From NCBI RefSeq assembly GCF_963921235.1, contig NC_086098.1, positions 8,990,001-9,054,000 of the forward strand: DNA of 64,000 nucleotides, read 5' to 3'. The position numbers and the translations under genes are program-made. Below the pieces are notes generated by a model. That model had not been told where the DNA came from. It saw only the letters and a program-made list of their open reading frames with translations, and did no database searches. Shown here piece by piece: positions 1 to 12,939 of this stretch; position 1 is the stretch's first letter, and each line of letters begins with the position of its first letter. This DNA is from Mobula hypostoma (lineage: Eukaryota).

Positions 1-435
1 CGGTGTATCTTTTGGCATTGCTATCTGTGTAATGCGAATAGCAGTGGGTTTGTGTTGTGTTTTTCAGTTGAAAAGCTGCATTTGACGCTGATTGCGGGAT
101 TGGTGCGTGATTCACGTTGTCCGCTGTTGCTCGGATGCTCTGTTTGTTTTTTTTTGTTTATGCTCCGTGTAGCCCAGGTTGTCTCCGATGCTGTTGACAC
201 AATAAGTTCTCTTCTATATTAGATCTATCAATTGCTGTTGCTTGTGAATCAACAGAGGCATTTATAGTAGGCACATAATGCTTAAAACTGACTTCTTAAT
301 GCCACGTGTCTGGCCTTGCGAATACATATTACCAAACAGTGCATCCCTCAGCTCCATCACTGAATAATTCAGCCCCTCCGTAGCACCAGCAAGAAAACAT
401 CTCTGGCGCCGCTGCTGTGCTGACCTGAGGCAAAA

Positions 436-892
436 CAGGGTGACTAAATCCCTAGGGCCTGAGAAGGTGTTCCCTTGGAGCCTGTGGCAGAAATCGCAGG
501 GGTCCTAGCAGAGACATTTAAATCATCCATAGTGACAGGAGAGGTAGCAGAGGATTTGAAGATAGGGTAATGTTGTTTGGCTGTTTAAGAAAGGCTCTAA
601 AAGTAAACCAGGAAATTATAAGCCAGTGAGCTTGACATCATAGTGGGAAAGTTATTGGAAGATATTCTAAGGGACTGGATATATGAATATTTGGGTGGAT
701 ATGGACTGATTAGGGATAGTCAGCATGGGCTTGTGCATTGTAGGTCAAGTCTAACCAAACTTATAGAGAAAGTTAGCAGGAAACTTGATGATGACAAGGC
801 AGTGGATATTGTCTTCATGGATTTTAGTAAGGCATTTGACTAGGTCCCACATGGGAGGTTAGTCAGGAAGATTCAGTCATTTGGCATTCAAG
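436..892 (+). mobile_element. CR1 LINE ORF2 (RT) fragment, decayed
   Basis: Translates to CR1 RT motifs PGNYKPVSLTS and VDIVFMDFSKAFD, with stops and frameshifts. Confidence 0.9.
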
Positions 893-1473
893 ATTCAAAG
901 CAAAGGAGTGCCCCAAAGAATGAACAACAGTTAAATGTTAGAACCCCAAAGTCCCCCCACCCCCAGCTCCCCTCCCTCCCGCATGTAAGCATCAGCACCT
1001 GCTACCAAGCACTCAAGCGTCAGCAAAGCAATAGCAAAGACACAGACTTACAATTACCCAAAAGACTTCGCGTTTCATCCGGTATACGACATATCACAGG
1101 CTCTCTCTCTCCCTAATAAAGGAGAAGGAGATGTCTGTTTTCCCAGCGAGTGGGGAGACATAACAAACAACTCACTGGTTTATGATGTTAGAAGTCCATT
1201 GTGTCACTTTTTTCAAGCTCTGTGCCTGAAAATCACGAAGGTCCTGGGTCTCCAGGCATAGATATTTCAACTCCCCTGACGACACACGGGCCTCCTGCTG
1301 TGACACCAACTCCCGATCCACCGATCCTCGATGTGCCCAAACAACAGCCAGTTGTCAAACCCCGAGAGCAGGTCCCAGTCCTGTAAAGAACCAAAGTCAG
1401 CATCTAACTCCAGGTCCGGGTCTTCAAAAGAACCCTGCAAGGGAAAAATACAGATAGTAAAGATAGAAATAGA
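893..1473 (-). mobile_element. Non-coding interspersed repeat between two CR1 pieces; related copy at ~58645-59062
   Basis: Shares CCCCAAAGAATGAA...TAGAACCCCAA and downstream sequence with 58730-59060; no ORF. Confidence 0.6.
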
Positions 1474-2081
1474 ACTGGCCTTCATAAATCAAAGTATTGA
1501 GTACAGGAGATAGGATGTTACATTGACGTTGTATACGACGGTGGTGAGGCCCAATTTGGAGTATTGTGTGCAGTTTTGGTCGACTACCCACAGAAAAGAT
1601 CTAAGTAAGGTTGAAAGAGTACAGAGAAAATTTACAAGTATTTTGCTGGGACTGGAGGACCTGAGTTATAATGAAAGAGTGAATTGGTTCAGACTTTATT
1701 CCTTGAAATGTAGAATATTTGATAGAGATATACAAAATTATGAGGGATATAGGTAGGGTAAATACAAGCAGGCTTTTTCCACTGAGGTTAGTGGGACTAA
1801 TATAAGAGGTCATGGGTTAAGGGTGAGAGGTGAAAAGTTTAAGGGAAACTTCTTCATTCAGAGAGTCTTGAGAGTGTGGAATGATCTACCTGCACAAGTG
1901 GTGCATGCGAGCTCGATTTCAGTATTTAAGAGAAGGTTGGATAGGTGAATAAGCAGTAGGGCATGGAAGGCTATGCTCCAGTGCAGGTCAATGGGAGTAG
2001 ACAGTTTAATCGATTCAGCATGGACTAGATGGGCTGAAGGGTCTGTTTCTGTGCTGTACTTTTCTATGACTCGATGACTCT
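1474..2081 (+). mobile_element. CR1 LINE 3' end
   Basis: LYTTVVRPNLEYCVQFWS..ERVQRKFT CR1 C-terminal motif, followed by 3' UTR and short-repeat tail. Confidence 0.9.
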
Positions 2082-2204
2082 AAACCTGGAACAATAAAAA
2101 ACAGCTTGTGGAACACATTGGGCTGTACAGCATCTGCAAAGGGAGAGGAATCATTACAGTTTGGATCTTAACCAAAAACATCAATCAGCCTTCTTTCTGT
2201 CTAC

Positions 2205-3248
2205 ACAGATTTTTTTTGACAAAAATAAAATTATGTACAATAAACCATCCAATGACTGTCAATCCTTGTTTCCATTACGGTCTATACATTTCCACACTTT
2301 TAGCCACCCACGTGGCACTCTGTTGTTCCACACCATTGTTGAGGGATATACACCCTGCCACCCGACCCCTCCCACTCCCGCGGGAGAAGAACCCTAAACC
2401 GTGATCCTTCTCCACCGGGCCCTTGCGGTGGCTGCACCGAGTTTCAGTGCGTCCCTCAGCACGTACTCCTGCAGCTGAGAATGTGCCAGTCGGCAGCATT
2501 CTCCCACGGACATCTCCATGTGCTGGTAGATCATCAAGTTTCAAAGATCATCACCAAAGAGCGTCTGTCACCGAGTTGATGATCTGCCAGCAGCATCGGA
2601 TGTTGGTTTCCGTGTGCGTCCCCGGGAACAGCCCGTAGATCAGAGAGTCCTCTGTTACGCAGCTGCTGGGGATGAAACGTGACACTAGCCCGTCCATCCT
2701 CCTCCACACCTTCTCAGCGAACCATAGTGTGCAAAGAGGTGGGTCACAGACTCCTCCTCACTGCAGTCCTCCCGTGGGCAGTGGGGTGCGGAGATGACGT
2801 TCCGGGCGTACAGGAGGGATATGACTGGGAGGGCCCCTCTCACCGCCAGCCAGGCGAGGTCTTGGTGCCTGTTGGTGAGATCTGGCGATGAGGCATTTTG
2901 CCAGATGAACTGGACAGTCCGCTCACGGAACCACCCCACTGTGCCCATCACATCCTTCTCCTGCAGTGCCTGCAGGACATTACGTGCTGACCCTGATGGC
3001 CCTGTGGTCAAAGGCGTTCTCCTGGAAGAACTTTTCTATGAAGGACAGGTATGGCGGCAACGACCAGCTGACTGGGGTGTTGCGCGGGAGCGGGGGCAGA
3101 CCTTGGTAGCCAGGGCGACAGGTAGAATCTGGGCACATAGTGGCACTTGGTGCCCACATACCTGGGTTCTACACACAACCTGATGCAGCCACACACGAAG
3201 CTGGCCATCAGGGTGAGGACGACACTGGGGACGTTCTTGCCCCCATTG
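2205..3248 (-). mobile_element. Tx1-clade (L1-like) LINE ORF2 C-terminus and 3' UTR, 5' truncated
   Basis: IWQNASSPDLTNRHQDLAWLAVRGALPV and zinc-knuckle-like CPREDCSEEESVTHLF; GC-rich; A-run at ~2211-2218 on the minus strand. Confidence 0.8.
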
Positions 3249-3271
3249 TTCTATAGATGCACAATGGAGAA

Positions 3272-3510
3272 TGCTGTGTATTTAATATTTCAGTAATATC
3301 TGAGATAAATGGTCTGATTAAGTATTCTTTGTTGCTTATATAATGCATTGTGGGTTATCTGTAAAAGTATGTAAATGGCATACGTTATCACACCACCAGG
3401 TGATAAGTGTGCACCTCACTTGAAGTAAAAAACCAAGTCAGACTCACAGTTCAGATTTACGTCTTTTCCTTTCAATCAGTTTTTATGTTTTGGAGTTACA
3501 AATCATAACA
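3272..3510 (+). mobile_element. Solo LTR (239 bp) inserted in a Rex1-like fragment
   Basis: TG...CA termini; exact 5-bp TSD GAGAA at 3267-3271 and 3511-3515; host sequence resumes across it. Confidence 0.85.
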
Positions 3511-3950
3511 GAGAATATCCTGACTGGTTGCATCACAGCCTGGTGTAGAAACACCAATGGCCAAGATCAAGAAATCCAACATACAGTATGTTGTGGATAT
3601 AGCCCACTTAATGTTAGGAAAAGCCCTTCCCACTATTGAACACACCTACAAAGAGCCAGAAGAAAGCAATAACCAACATGAAGGACCACAACCATCCAGA
3701 ACGTGCTCTCTCCTCACTGCTGCCATCAGAAAGAGGGTACAGGAGCAATAGGCCACACACCACCAGGTTCAGGAACAATTATTACCCTTCAACCATCTGG
3801 TTTCTGCACTGGTATGAATAATTTTACTCACCTCAAGTCTGAAATGATTCCACAACCTACAACTCACTTCCAAGAACTCGACAGCTCATGTTCTCAGGAA
3901 TGTTTATTTATAAATTAGCTATCTATCCATCTATTTTTTTAATTTTCTAT
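3511..3950 (+). mobile_element. Rex1/Babar-like LINE 3' fragment
   Basis: ILTGCITAW-like start and LLPSERGYRS..TTRFRNNYYPSTI C-terminal motif. Confidence 0.75.
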
Positions 3951-4432
3951 TTATTACAACTTCCAGTAAGATGGTGGTGAATTAAGGTGCAGAGGCCAGC
4001 CAAGGGTGTTTTTGTCTTTTTGAGACATCATTTTTATAATCACAATACAACGCTGGACATTCAGAACTTCAGGTACTGTTGGTCTACCCCATCAGCGAGC
4101 TGCTTATTGAGAGCGGAGCTGGACTTAGCACAGACCGTTTTGCAGCCTGCTACAGGAAGGTATTGGAGCGAAGGCAGTGGACAGTCTAACAGCGAATGTT
4201 TGCCTTTGATGTTTCTCTTTCGATCACAAGGCCCTGCTGGACATTGGTAATGTAAGATGTTACAACTGTACATGCACAGTTCGTCTTCTTCTGCACATCG
4301 ATTATTTGTCAGACTTTGTGCGTAGTTTTTGATTGAATCTGTTGTACTCTTTGTCTACTGGGGATGCCGGCAAGAAAATCAATCTCAGGATAATATATGC
4401 TGATGTACTCTGATAATAAATTTACATGGTAC

Positions 4433-5120
4433 TTTTTTTTAGATTATGAGAACACTCAGTCCTCTTTTATTGTCATTTAGAAATGCATACATGCATTAAG
4501 AAATGATACAATGTTTCTCCGGAGTGATATCACAGAAAACATGACAAACCAAAGACTAACACTGACAGAACCACATAATTATAACATATAGTTACAGCAG
4601 TGCAAAGCAATACCATAATTTGATAAAGAGCAGACAATGGGCACAGTAAAAAAAAGTCTCAAAGTCCCTGAGTCGACCTACTCCTGAGCCCCCGATAGCA
4701 GGCGGCAAAAGGGAGAAACTCCCTGCCATAAACCTCCAGGCACCGTCAACTTGCCGATACCTTGGAAGCAACCGACCACAGCCGACACTGAGTCCATCTG
4801 TCCGAAAACTTCGAGCTTCCGTCCAGCCTCTCCGATACAGCCTCCCAAGCGCCATCCTCTGCCGAGCGCCTTCGATCTCTCCCCGGCCGCTGAAACAAGC
4901 AAAGCCGAGGATTTCGAGGCCTTCAGCTCCAGAGATTCTGGTTATCACCCAGTAGCAGCGGCAGTGAAGCGGGCATTTCAGAAGTTTTCCAGATATTCCA
5001 CCGTGCTTTCACATCTGTCTCCATCAAATCCGAATTGTGCACAGTCCCCTACTTGTCAGATAACAGATATTCATCACCGGAGAGGCCGCGCGCGCTGCTC
5101 TCGCACCGCCATCTTCTCCC
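4433..5120 (-). mobile_element. CpG-rich non-autonomous retroposon-like element
   Basis: Minus-strand head GGAGAAGATGGCGG; 3' AATAAA then A-run; no coding homology recognised. Confidence 0.6.
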
Positions 5121-5722
5121 CCCCCCCCCCGGGAGCATTTTGTACTTTGCATGTTAAACGAAAGCACTGTTATGCATTGGCATTTAATTTGTTTTAATAT
5201 CATTCCAGTTCAAGTAAATTTATTAACAAAGTACATATATACCTCCATATACAACACTGGGATTTGTTTCCTTGTGGGCATACTCGATAAATCCAATAAC
5301 CGCGATAGAATCAACGAAAGACCGCACCCCAAACAGCACGGACAAGCCATTAGTGGGCAAAAGACAACAAATGTGCAAATACAAAAAAAGTAATAATAAT
5401 CACAAATAAATAAGCAATAACTATTGAGAAAATTGGATAAATAGTTTACAGAATTATAAAGATAATGCTGGCTTGTAATGATCATCAAAAGTTATTATAA
5501 TTTAATGTTTCACCATATCCAACAAAATTTGTTTAACAAGCATTATTGGGTCTGGTAAGATAGAAACACCAGAGGTATTTCACTCAGATGAAATTAAACT
5601 TGTTTTGGAGTATAAGCATGACCACAGATCAATTCAGCCAGCTGGCCAGTTTCTGTGGGGCACATTTGCATCTATAATGTTTTTAGCTTCGTACTTTGTG
5701 GATCAACTTTATTCGCCAGATA

Positions 5723-6410
5723 CACTCAGTGGCCACTTTATTAGGTACACCTGTACACCTGCACGTTAATACAAATATCTAATGTATCGAGCGAGATTGA
5801 AAACACCAAGGACAAGAGTGGAAGGCAAGGTGGGCTGGTCAGCATCACCTGCTTGCATTTAACTGGCCTCCCCCCTCTTTCTCTCGCATGTTGCTGCCGG
5901 AGGAAGTTGCAGGAGTCTTGGGCGAGGTTTGCTCACTGCGGTTTGTGGATTGGACCCATTTTTAGAGGACTCTGCAGTTCATGTAACATGCGTATTTTGC
6001 GTGATTTTGACCTGGGCTCTGTGGCCTGCAGTTAACGAACAACCCAGCACTAAATTAAACTGAGCATTCCTAGACTGCTTCAAGAACTCTGGGGTTTGAT
6101 GTTTAATAATCTGTGTGTTAATGGCTTGCTTTTTGGTATTGGTGCGATTTATTCTTTTTTCGCATGATAGATGCTTGATTTTTTTGAACAGGTTTCATGG
6201 TTTTTTTTCATGGCTCTCTGCGGGAGGGTTTGAGACTGCATGCATACTTTGATAATAAATGTACTTTGATTCTTAAACAGCCAATTATGTGACAGCAACT
6301 CAATGGATAAAAGCATAAAGAGGTTCAGTTGTTATTCAGGCCAAACATTAGAATGGGGAAGAAATGTGACCTAAGTGACTGACCGTGGAATGATCACTAG
6401 TGCCAGACGA
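5723..6410 (+). mobile_element. Tc1/mariner deletion derivative (left part), interrupted by an insert at ~5784-6272
   Basis: TA + TIR CACTCAGTGGCCACTTTATTAGGTAC; transposase start ATGGGGAAGAAATGTGACCTAAGTGAC (MGKKCDLSD). Confidence 0.8.
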
Positions 6411-7182
6411 AGTGGCTGCACTCTGGACAAATATCTCTGATGGGTGGAGGAGAGACCCCGATGATACTCTCAGTAGTCCCCGCAATCCGTTATAGTCCAT
6501 TATAGGGACTTAATGTCAGATGCCTTGCAATTCCCCTACCAGATGGTCAGGACACCCTCGATGGTCGTGTAACCACAAGTTAAAAGAACATGTGACATGG
6601 TTAAATCTGATTTATGTCAATCGATCATGATTTGCAAAAGGGAGGAATAACTTTGTTTTATTTGATGAATGTGGTTCTATCTGTAAAATGTGGTCTGACG
6701 AAAGCTGATTTTACCAGTGAGTCACCATCAATTTTATACAATAATCATTTCCGAACAATGTGATCTGAAAGCTGGATTTACTTTGCACTGAGATGACATT
6801 AAATACTCCACAAACAAGTACTAAAAAGGCAGTTCTAAAGTAAAATCTGTGAGTTATCACCCGCCCACGCATTCTTCATCCTTCCAAGCTATATTTAAAC
6901 ATGGTAGCTTATGAAAATGTTGTCATATGAGAGAAAACTATTAATGGTTTCATGAATATGTAATGATGCGCAACGATGATCCAAAACAAAATTCATGAAT
7001 GTGTAAATTGAGCATTCATCAATATATTTCGATTATGTTTGAGCAATAATGTGCAACACTGAGCAGTATTCCAATTAATTAACTTTAGATCTTTGAATAA
7101 CTTTTCTTTAAAGTGCCTATCACTGTCAATTTCAGAATGAAAAAGTAGTTGTGGATATTAGTAATATTATTATCATTAAGAT

Positions 7183-7655
7183 TAAGACATATGAGCAGAA
7201 ATAGGCCATTTGGCCTATCAAGTCCGCCCTCCATTCCATCATGGCTGATTTATTATCCCCCTCAACCCCATTCTCCTGCCTTCTCCCTGTAACTTTTGAT
7301 GCCCTGACTAACCAAGAACCTTCAGTCCTGACGAAGGGTCTCGGCCTGAAACGTCAACTGCACCTCTTCCTACAGATGCTGCCTGGCCTGCTGCGTTCAC
7401 CAGCAACTTTTATGTGTGTTGCGTTAATCAAGAACCTATCAATTTCCGCTTCAGATATTCCTAATGACTTGGCCTGCACAGCCACCTATGGTAATGAATT
7501 CCAGAAATTCACCACCCTCTGGCTAAAGAAATTCCTCCTCATCTCTGTTCTCGAGGGGCCTACTCTGAGGTTATGCCCTCTGGTTCTAGGTTTCCTCACT
7601 ACTGGAAACATCCTCTCTATGTCCACTCTGTCTAGGCCTTTCAATATTTGGTAGG
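7183..7655 (-). mobile_element. CR1 3' end carrying a Penelope-tail insert at 7322-7424
   Basis: Reverse complement of RTRGHNLR..RRNFFSQRVVNFWN and CR1 3' UTR. Confidence 0.85.
7323..7360 (+). ncRNA. Minimal type I hammerhead ribozyme motif (Penelope-associated)
   Basis: CAGTC-CTGACGA-AGGGTCTCGGCCT-GAAA-CG-TC-AACTG: core CUGANGA/GAAA/UH intact; stem I CAGTC/(G>A)ACTG. Confidence 0.7.
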
Positions 7656-8040
7656 TTAATTACCTACACAGACTAACAGTTACCCCAGCAGGTGAATTAC
7701 CCAACAGTTATTACCCTTCAACCATCAGGCTCCTGAACCAGTGTGGATAACTTCATTTGACTCAATGTTGAACCAATTCCACAACCTATAGACTCACTTT
7801 CAAGGCTCTACAACTCACGTTCTCAGTATTATTTATTTGTTTGTTCTCTTTTGTATTTGAAAATTTTGTCTTCTTTTGCACAACTGTTGTTTGTCAGTTT
7901 TTCTGTGTAGTTCTTCATTAATTCTATTGTATTTCTTTGTACCTGCTGTGAATCCCCGAAAGAAAATGAATCTTCAGGGGTAGTAATCCATGGTGATATT
8001 TGATACTTTGAACTTTGAATTTAATGTAATTATCTCCAAG

Positions 8041-8372
8041 TGGACCACACCTTGCCATAGGGTTTGGAGGCTTGTGTGCCTTAATGACCGAAAGAGCTAT
8101 GTTGGCTAGAGTCAGGGCCTTGTGCTTTGGCTCCTGGTAAGGTCACCTATATCAGTCAGGTCAAAGGATAGAGGTCAGACTAAGAGTGGTGCACCGGTCC
8201 TCCAGGTTCAAGGGTTCAGCTTGGGACTAACAACCCTGACTAGCCAAAAAAAACTGTGATCGAAACAGCAGTGAAGAATCCTTCTTTATGTGTGTATGAC
8301 GGTATGGACAGTCAGAGGTGGAGGACTTTCATTGGTTCCCTAAACGTCAGTGGAGTAACGGGTAATAAGTAA
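8041..8372 (+). mobile_element. RTE-clade (Expander/Rex3-like) non-autonomous element
   Basis: 5' part resembles the Expander 5' UTR from memory (CTGGTAAGGTCACC...CAGACTAAGAG); 3' tail GGAGTAACGGGTAATAAGTAA matches the minus-strand tail at 27410-27470. Confidence 0.55.
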
Positions 8373-9000
8373 ATAATGCTAATTAGCCAGCGATCTCTGG
8401 TCAGGCTGCTGATTCTGTGCTCCTTTGTTGACTCTACCAGTCCATTAAACACAATTCATTGCTTCCATGGACTAAGTAATATGAGATTCACAGATAGGCT
8501 GTGGGTTTATATCTGTTCCCATGCAGTTATCAGGATTTTTATTTGTTACATTTGGAGCATTTGGAAAAAAGAGTAAGAAAACACTTCGTATATGAATCAT
8601 TCACATATTTGTCAATTTTTCCTTCAAACTGCTTTCCGGAGGGCAAATGGTTCTTAAACGAGTCAATCAATTAATGATTGAAACTAAAAACAGCTACTTT
8701 CTTTTCATCTGGGGTGAGAATTTGTAATTTTGTGATTGTATTTTGTAATCACATTACAACGAAAGGAGCCAAGTATACAAAGCCCTTCCAACACATGCCT
8801 CTATCAGCTCTGGCTAAAGTGATTGAAAAGCTCCAAATTGGCCACGATGTGGATACATTGGCTCATAGTCTTGCATTTGGAATTCCACTGAAGCATTTAC
8901 AGTAAGGATTGGTGTTATGAAGGGTTGCAAGTCCCGTAATTTCTCTTATTTGATTTTTTTTAAACTTTAAACTGTGTTTACCTCACTTTGTCACATTGTT

Positions 9001-9762
9001 CAAGATAGCACCAGCAAACATCCAATGGCAACATCCTGCTAACAGTTCACGAAACAACTTCTTTTATTTCTTCTTCTTTCAAACATGATTCTACCATGAA
9101 GCTGTGTGCGATTAGAACCTATGATTTACATTTTCTGATGCGTTTTTGGGCTAATTGACCTTTGCTGTGTCTGAGGGTGTTCTGTGAGGTTCGATGCAGA
9201 GAGTGCATCCTGGAGGACTGATCGCCTGGATAGGGGGAACGAGCCCATTATCGACTGCATGGCTTCTCTTCGACAGAAGTTGATATGGACAAGAGTGGAA
9301 GACAGGCGGATATTCAGAACCGTCTGCCTGCCGTGGCCAGACTTCCGCTCCCTCTCGCTAGCTGCTGTCGGAGGAAAGTGAAAGAGTCTTGGGTTCCGCA
9401 TTATCGGGATTGATTGGCGAGGCCGAGGACCCATTCTGGAGGGGCATGTGTTCCTGGAGTCTAGTTACTCTTTTTTTTTGTTTGATCAGGGTGATCAATA
9501 CGGACTGGGACACTTTGGCAAGGCTAGTGGGGTGGCACTGAACTGGACTAAATGGAACACGACAGGTTTGATGTTTGATATTCTATGTGGTGTTCACTCG
9601 CTTTATGCTGTTTGCGCAATTTGTTCTGTTTTGCACGCATTGGGTGTTTGATGTTTTCTTGAACGGATTCTATGGTGTTTCTTTGTTTCATGGCTGCCTG
9701 TGGGAGGGCGAATCTCACAGTAGTATTCTGTTAACATACCTTGATAATAAATGTACTTTGAA
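9001..9762 (+). mobile_element. Non-coding retroposon-like repeat with a Rex1-type tail
   Basis: Ends GATAATAAATGTACTTTGAA, as do many LINE tails in the window; 3' part similar to 6050-6270. Confidence 0.5.
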
Positions 9763-9860
9763 TCATTCATGTACCTTGCTAATTTACCAATTGGAACTAT
9801 CCTGCATCATGACACAGCAAGGAATGTTTTTCACCTGGTTGTCACTCATTTCTCAGTAAC

Positions 9861-10190
9861 TCAGGTGGCAATGAGCAGGCATACAGGAGCGAAATAGATT
9901 GGCCAGTCGAGTGGGGTCGCAACAACGACCTTGCACTCACTGTCAGTAAGACCAAGAAATTGATTCAGGAAGGGCACGTCGCGAGAGCACACACACATCC
10001 TCATGGAGGGGTCAGCAGTTGAAAGGGTGGATAGATTTAAGTTCCTGGGTGTCAACGCCCCAGAGCCCAACTGATTGGTGAAATCATAGAAAGGTATACC
10101 AGTGGCTCTACTTTGTTAGTTTGAGGAGATTTGGAATGTTACCAAGTATCCTTTCTAATTTCTATAGTTAGAGCATTCTGACTATAGATA
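9861..10190 (+). mobile_element. Rex1/Babar RT fragment, decayed
   Basis: NNDLAL.VSKTKKL and VERVDRFKFLGV motifs. Confidence 0.75.
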
Positions 10191-10317
10191 GACCATTTCC
10201 ACACCTGGAATATTCTAACTGATCACCACCCTCTGGCTAAAGAAGTTGCTCTTCATCTCTGTTCTAAACGAATGTCTATTCTGAGGCTGTGCTCTTTGGT
10301 CTTTGACTCGTCCATCC

Positions 10318-10535
10318 CCTGTGAGAAGTTTGTACTTTTTTTGCCGTGAATACAGGGATTTCCTCCGGATGCTCCAGTTTCCTGCCATGTTCCAAAGACA
10401 GACCGTTTTGGTAGATTGTGGTCATTGTAAATTGCCCTGTGAGTAGGCTGGGGTTAAATGGGTGGGTTACTGGGGTGGTGCAGCTTGTTGGGCTGGAAAG
10501 GCCTGTTTTGTGCTGTATCTCTAAATTTAAAAAAA
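10318..10535 (+). mobile_element. V-SINE (HE1-like) fragment
   Basis: V-domain-like GGGATTTCCTCCGGATGCTCCAGTTTCCTGCCATGTTCCAAAGAC plus CR1-like tail. Confidence 0.7.
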
Positions 10536-10564
10536 TCACTAACTAAAATGCCATCCATATAGAA

Positions 10565-10635
10565 CAGCGGTTCCCAACTGGGGGCCATGGACCCCTTGCT
10601 CAATGGTATTGGTCCTTGGCATGAATAAGGTTGAG
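10565..10635. mobile_element. Tiny hAT-Charlie-like MITE, right TIR eroded
   Basis: Starts CAGCGGTTCCCAAC; 8-bp flanks ATATAGAA (10557-10564) and ATCTAGAA (10636-10643); homologous to 14803-14882. Confidence 0.65.
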
Positions 10636-11964
10636 ATCTAGAATAAGTGAAAGTATGTTTAAGGTAACACACTGGAGCAAGTCAGTGAAGATGATGTAGA
10701 ACTGAGAAATATTACTCATCCGCAGCATATATTAGAAAATGGTGTACTGTCCTCAGCCAGTCAAGGTTTCCACCTACAGTTGGAAACATGTCACCAAGTG
10801 GCCTGTTACTCCTGATATTCAAATAGAAATGGAGTGAGACATCTTATCCCTTCAACTCAGGAAATGAGAGAACTTTTTAATCTAGTTTTAGCAACAAAAA
10901 GAATTGCTTTTAGTTTTTAATTGAGTGTATACTGCAGGAATTAAACAATTTTATATAGTGATTGTGATGTGGAAATGTTTTTAATATTCTTGGCATCAAG
11001 CAGTCCATGGGCTCTACTTTAAACAACTTAATAGATTCCATCTTCTGATGTACCCCATGGTATAGAATATATTAAGTTGTTTGAAGCACGACACAGTAGT
11101 GGAGCAGTTAGTGCAATGGTTTAGAGTATTTAAAGATCTAGGTTCAATTCCCACTGCTGTCAGCAAGCAGTCTGTATGTTCTGAAGATGTACAGGTTAGG
11201 TTAGTGAATTGTGGGCACACTGTGTTGGCACCAGAAGCATGTCAACTTGCGGGCTGTCCACAGAACATCCTTGGACTGTGTTTGGTCGTTGACACAAACT
11301 ACACATATGTTTCAATGTATTTGAGCAAAATTTTGAAAACAAAACAGTACTACTGACTTAAGAGATGGGGGTTTATGGGGCCAAATGTTCTCTAAATTCT
11401 CCTGTACTGTAAAATGTAAGGGAGGGGAAGAAGAGGGGGAGAAGAGGGGGAGGCCCTGTGTTCGTGGAAGTTCGAAACCTTAGAGAAATGGCCATTTATT
11501 TTGTTTTTGATGGGCTCTGTATCATGGTCTCCTGGGGCTTTGCTATTGCTTGCACGGTGGATGGCGGGAGTTTTGAATAAACGTCGACTCTTTATTCATT
11601 TGCATACATGCTGCCTGACCTACTGAGTTCCTCATTTTTGTGTGGGCTGCTTTAGGTTTAAAAATGTATCCCTTGAATTCTTTGGAGGAGAATTATATCA
11701 CCATTGATAGTCGAAACTTGGTTTCCCATGAAAGCTGCAAATTTGTGTCTTTGCTGACAAAAAATCTAAGCCCTATGAAGATGCATATGCAAGGATTCTT
11801 TAATATAAAACAATAGTGTTTCTCCTTCTGCATTGAATCAAAGATATTACAATGTAAGAAGGTTTAGAGCAGAGCCTGGGTCCAACTCACATGGAAACAG
11901 GTTAAAGATCGCACTGCGGTTATACACCCCATGGCCTCTTTATTTGCGACCTCCTCGACCTAAC

Positions 11965-12935
11965 AAGACCAGAAGGCCATAAGACACAGGAGCAGAATTA
12001 GGCCATCTGGCCCAACGAGTCTGCTCTGCCATTCAAGCATGGCTGATCTTTTCCTTTATCTCTTCCTCAACCCCAGTTCCCGGCCTTCTCCCCATAACAT
12101 TTGATACTATGTCCAATCAAGGACCAATCAATCTCTGCCTTAAAAACACCCAATGACCTGGCTTCCACAGCTGCCTGTGGAAACAAATTCCACAAATTCA
12201 CCACCCTTTGGCTAAAGAAATTTCTCTGCTTCTCTGTTTTGAAAGGGCACCCCTCTATCCTGAGGCTGTGCCCTCTTGTCCTAAACTCTCTCACCATGGG
12301 AAACATCCTTTCCACATCTACTCTGTCTAGGCCTTTCAACATTTGAAAGGTTTCAATGAGATCCTCCCTCATCTTTCTGAATTCCAGCAAGTACAGACCC
12401 AGAGCCATCTAACGTTCCTCGTATGATAACCCTTTCATTCCCAGAATCATCCTTGTGAACCTCCTCTGGACCCTCTCCAATGCCAGCCCATCCTTTCTCA
12501 CATGAGGGGCCCAAAACTGTTCACAATACTCAATGTGAGGCCTCACCAGAGCCTTATAAAGCCTCAGCATCACATCCCTGCTGTTGTATTCTAGACCTCT
12601 TGAAATGAATGCTAACATTCCATTAGCCATCCTCACCACCGACTCAACCTGCAAGTTCACCTTCAAGGTGTTCTGCACAAGGACTCCCAAGTCCCTTTGC
12701 ATCTCAGATTCCTGGATTTTCTCCCCATTTAGAAAATACTCTGCACATTTATTTCTTCTACCAAAGTGCATGACCAAGCATTTTCCAACACTATATTTCA
12801 TTTTCTACTTTCTTGCCCGTTCTCCTAATCTGTCTAAGTCCTTCTGCAGCCCTCATGTTTCCTCAATACTACCAGCCCCTCCACGAATTTTTGTATCATC
12901 TGCAAAATTGGCAGCAAAGCCATCTATTCCATCAT
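11965..12935 (-). mobile_element. CR1 LINE 3' ~1 kb
   Basis: ORFs 12409-12801 (LYKALVRPHIEYCEQFWAP) and 12067-12408 (RNFFSQRVVNLWN). Confidence 0.95.
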
Positions 12936-12939
12936 CTAT

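Noticed and set aside
1..430. Mildly CpG-containing unique stretch as a promoter
   Set aside because: No diagnostic motifs or adjacent exon visible within the window
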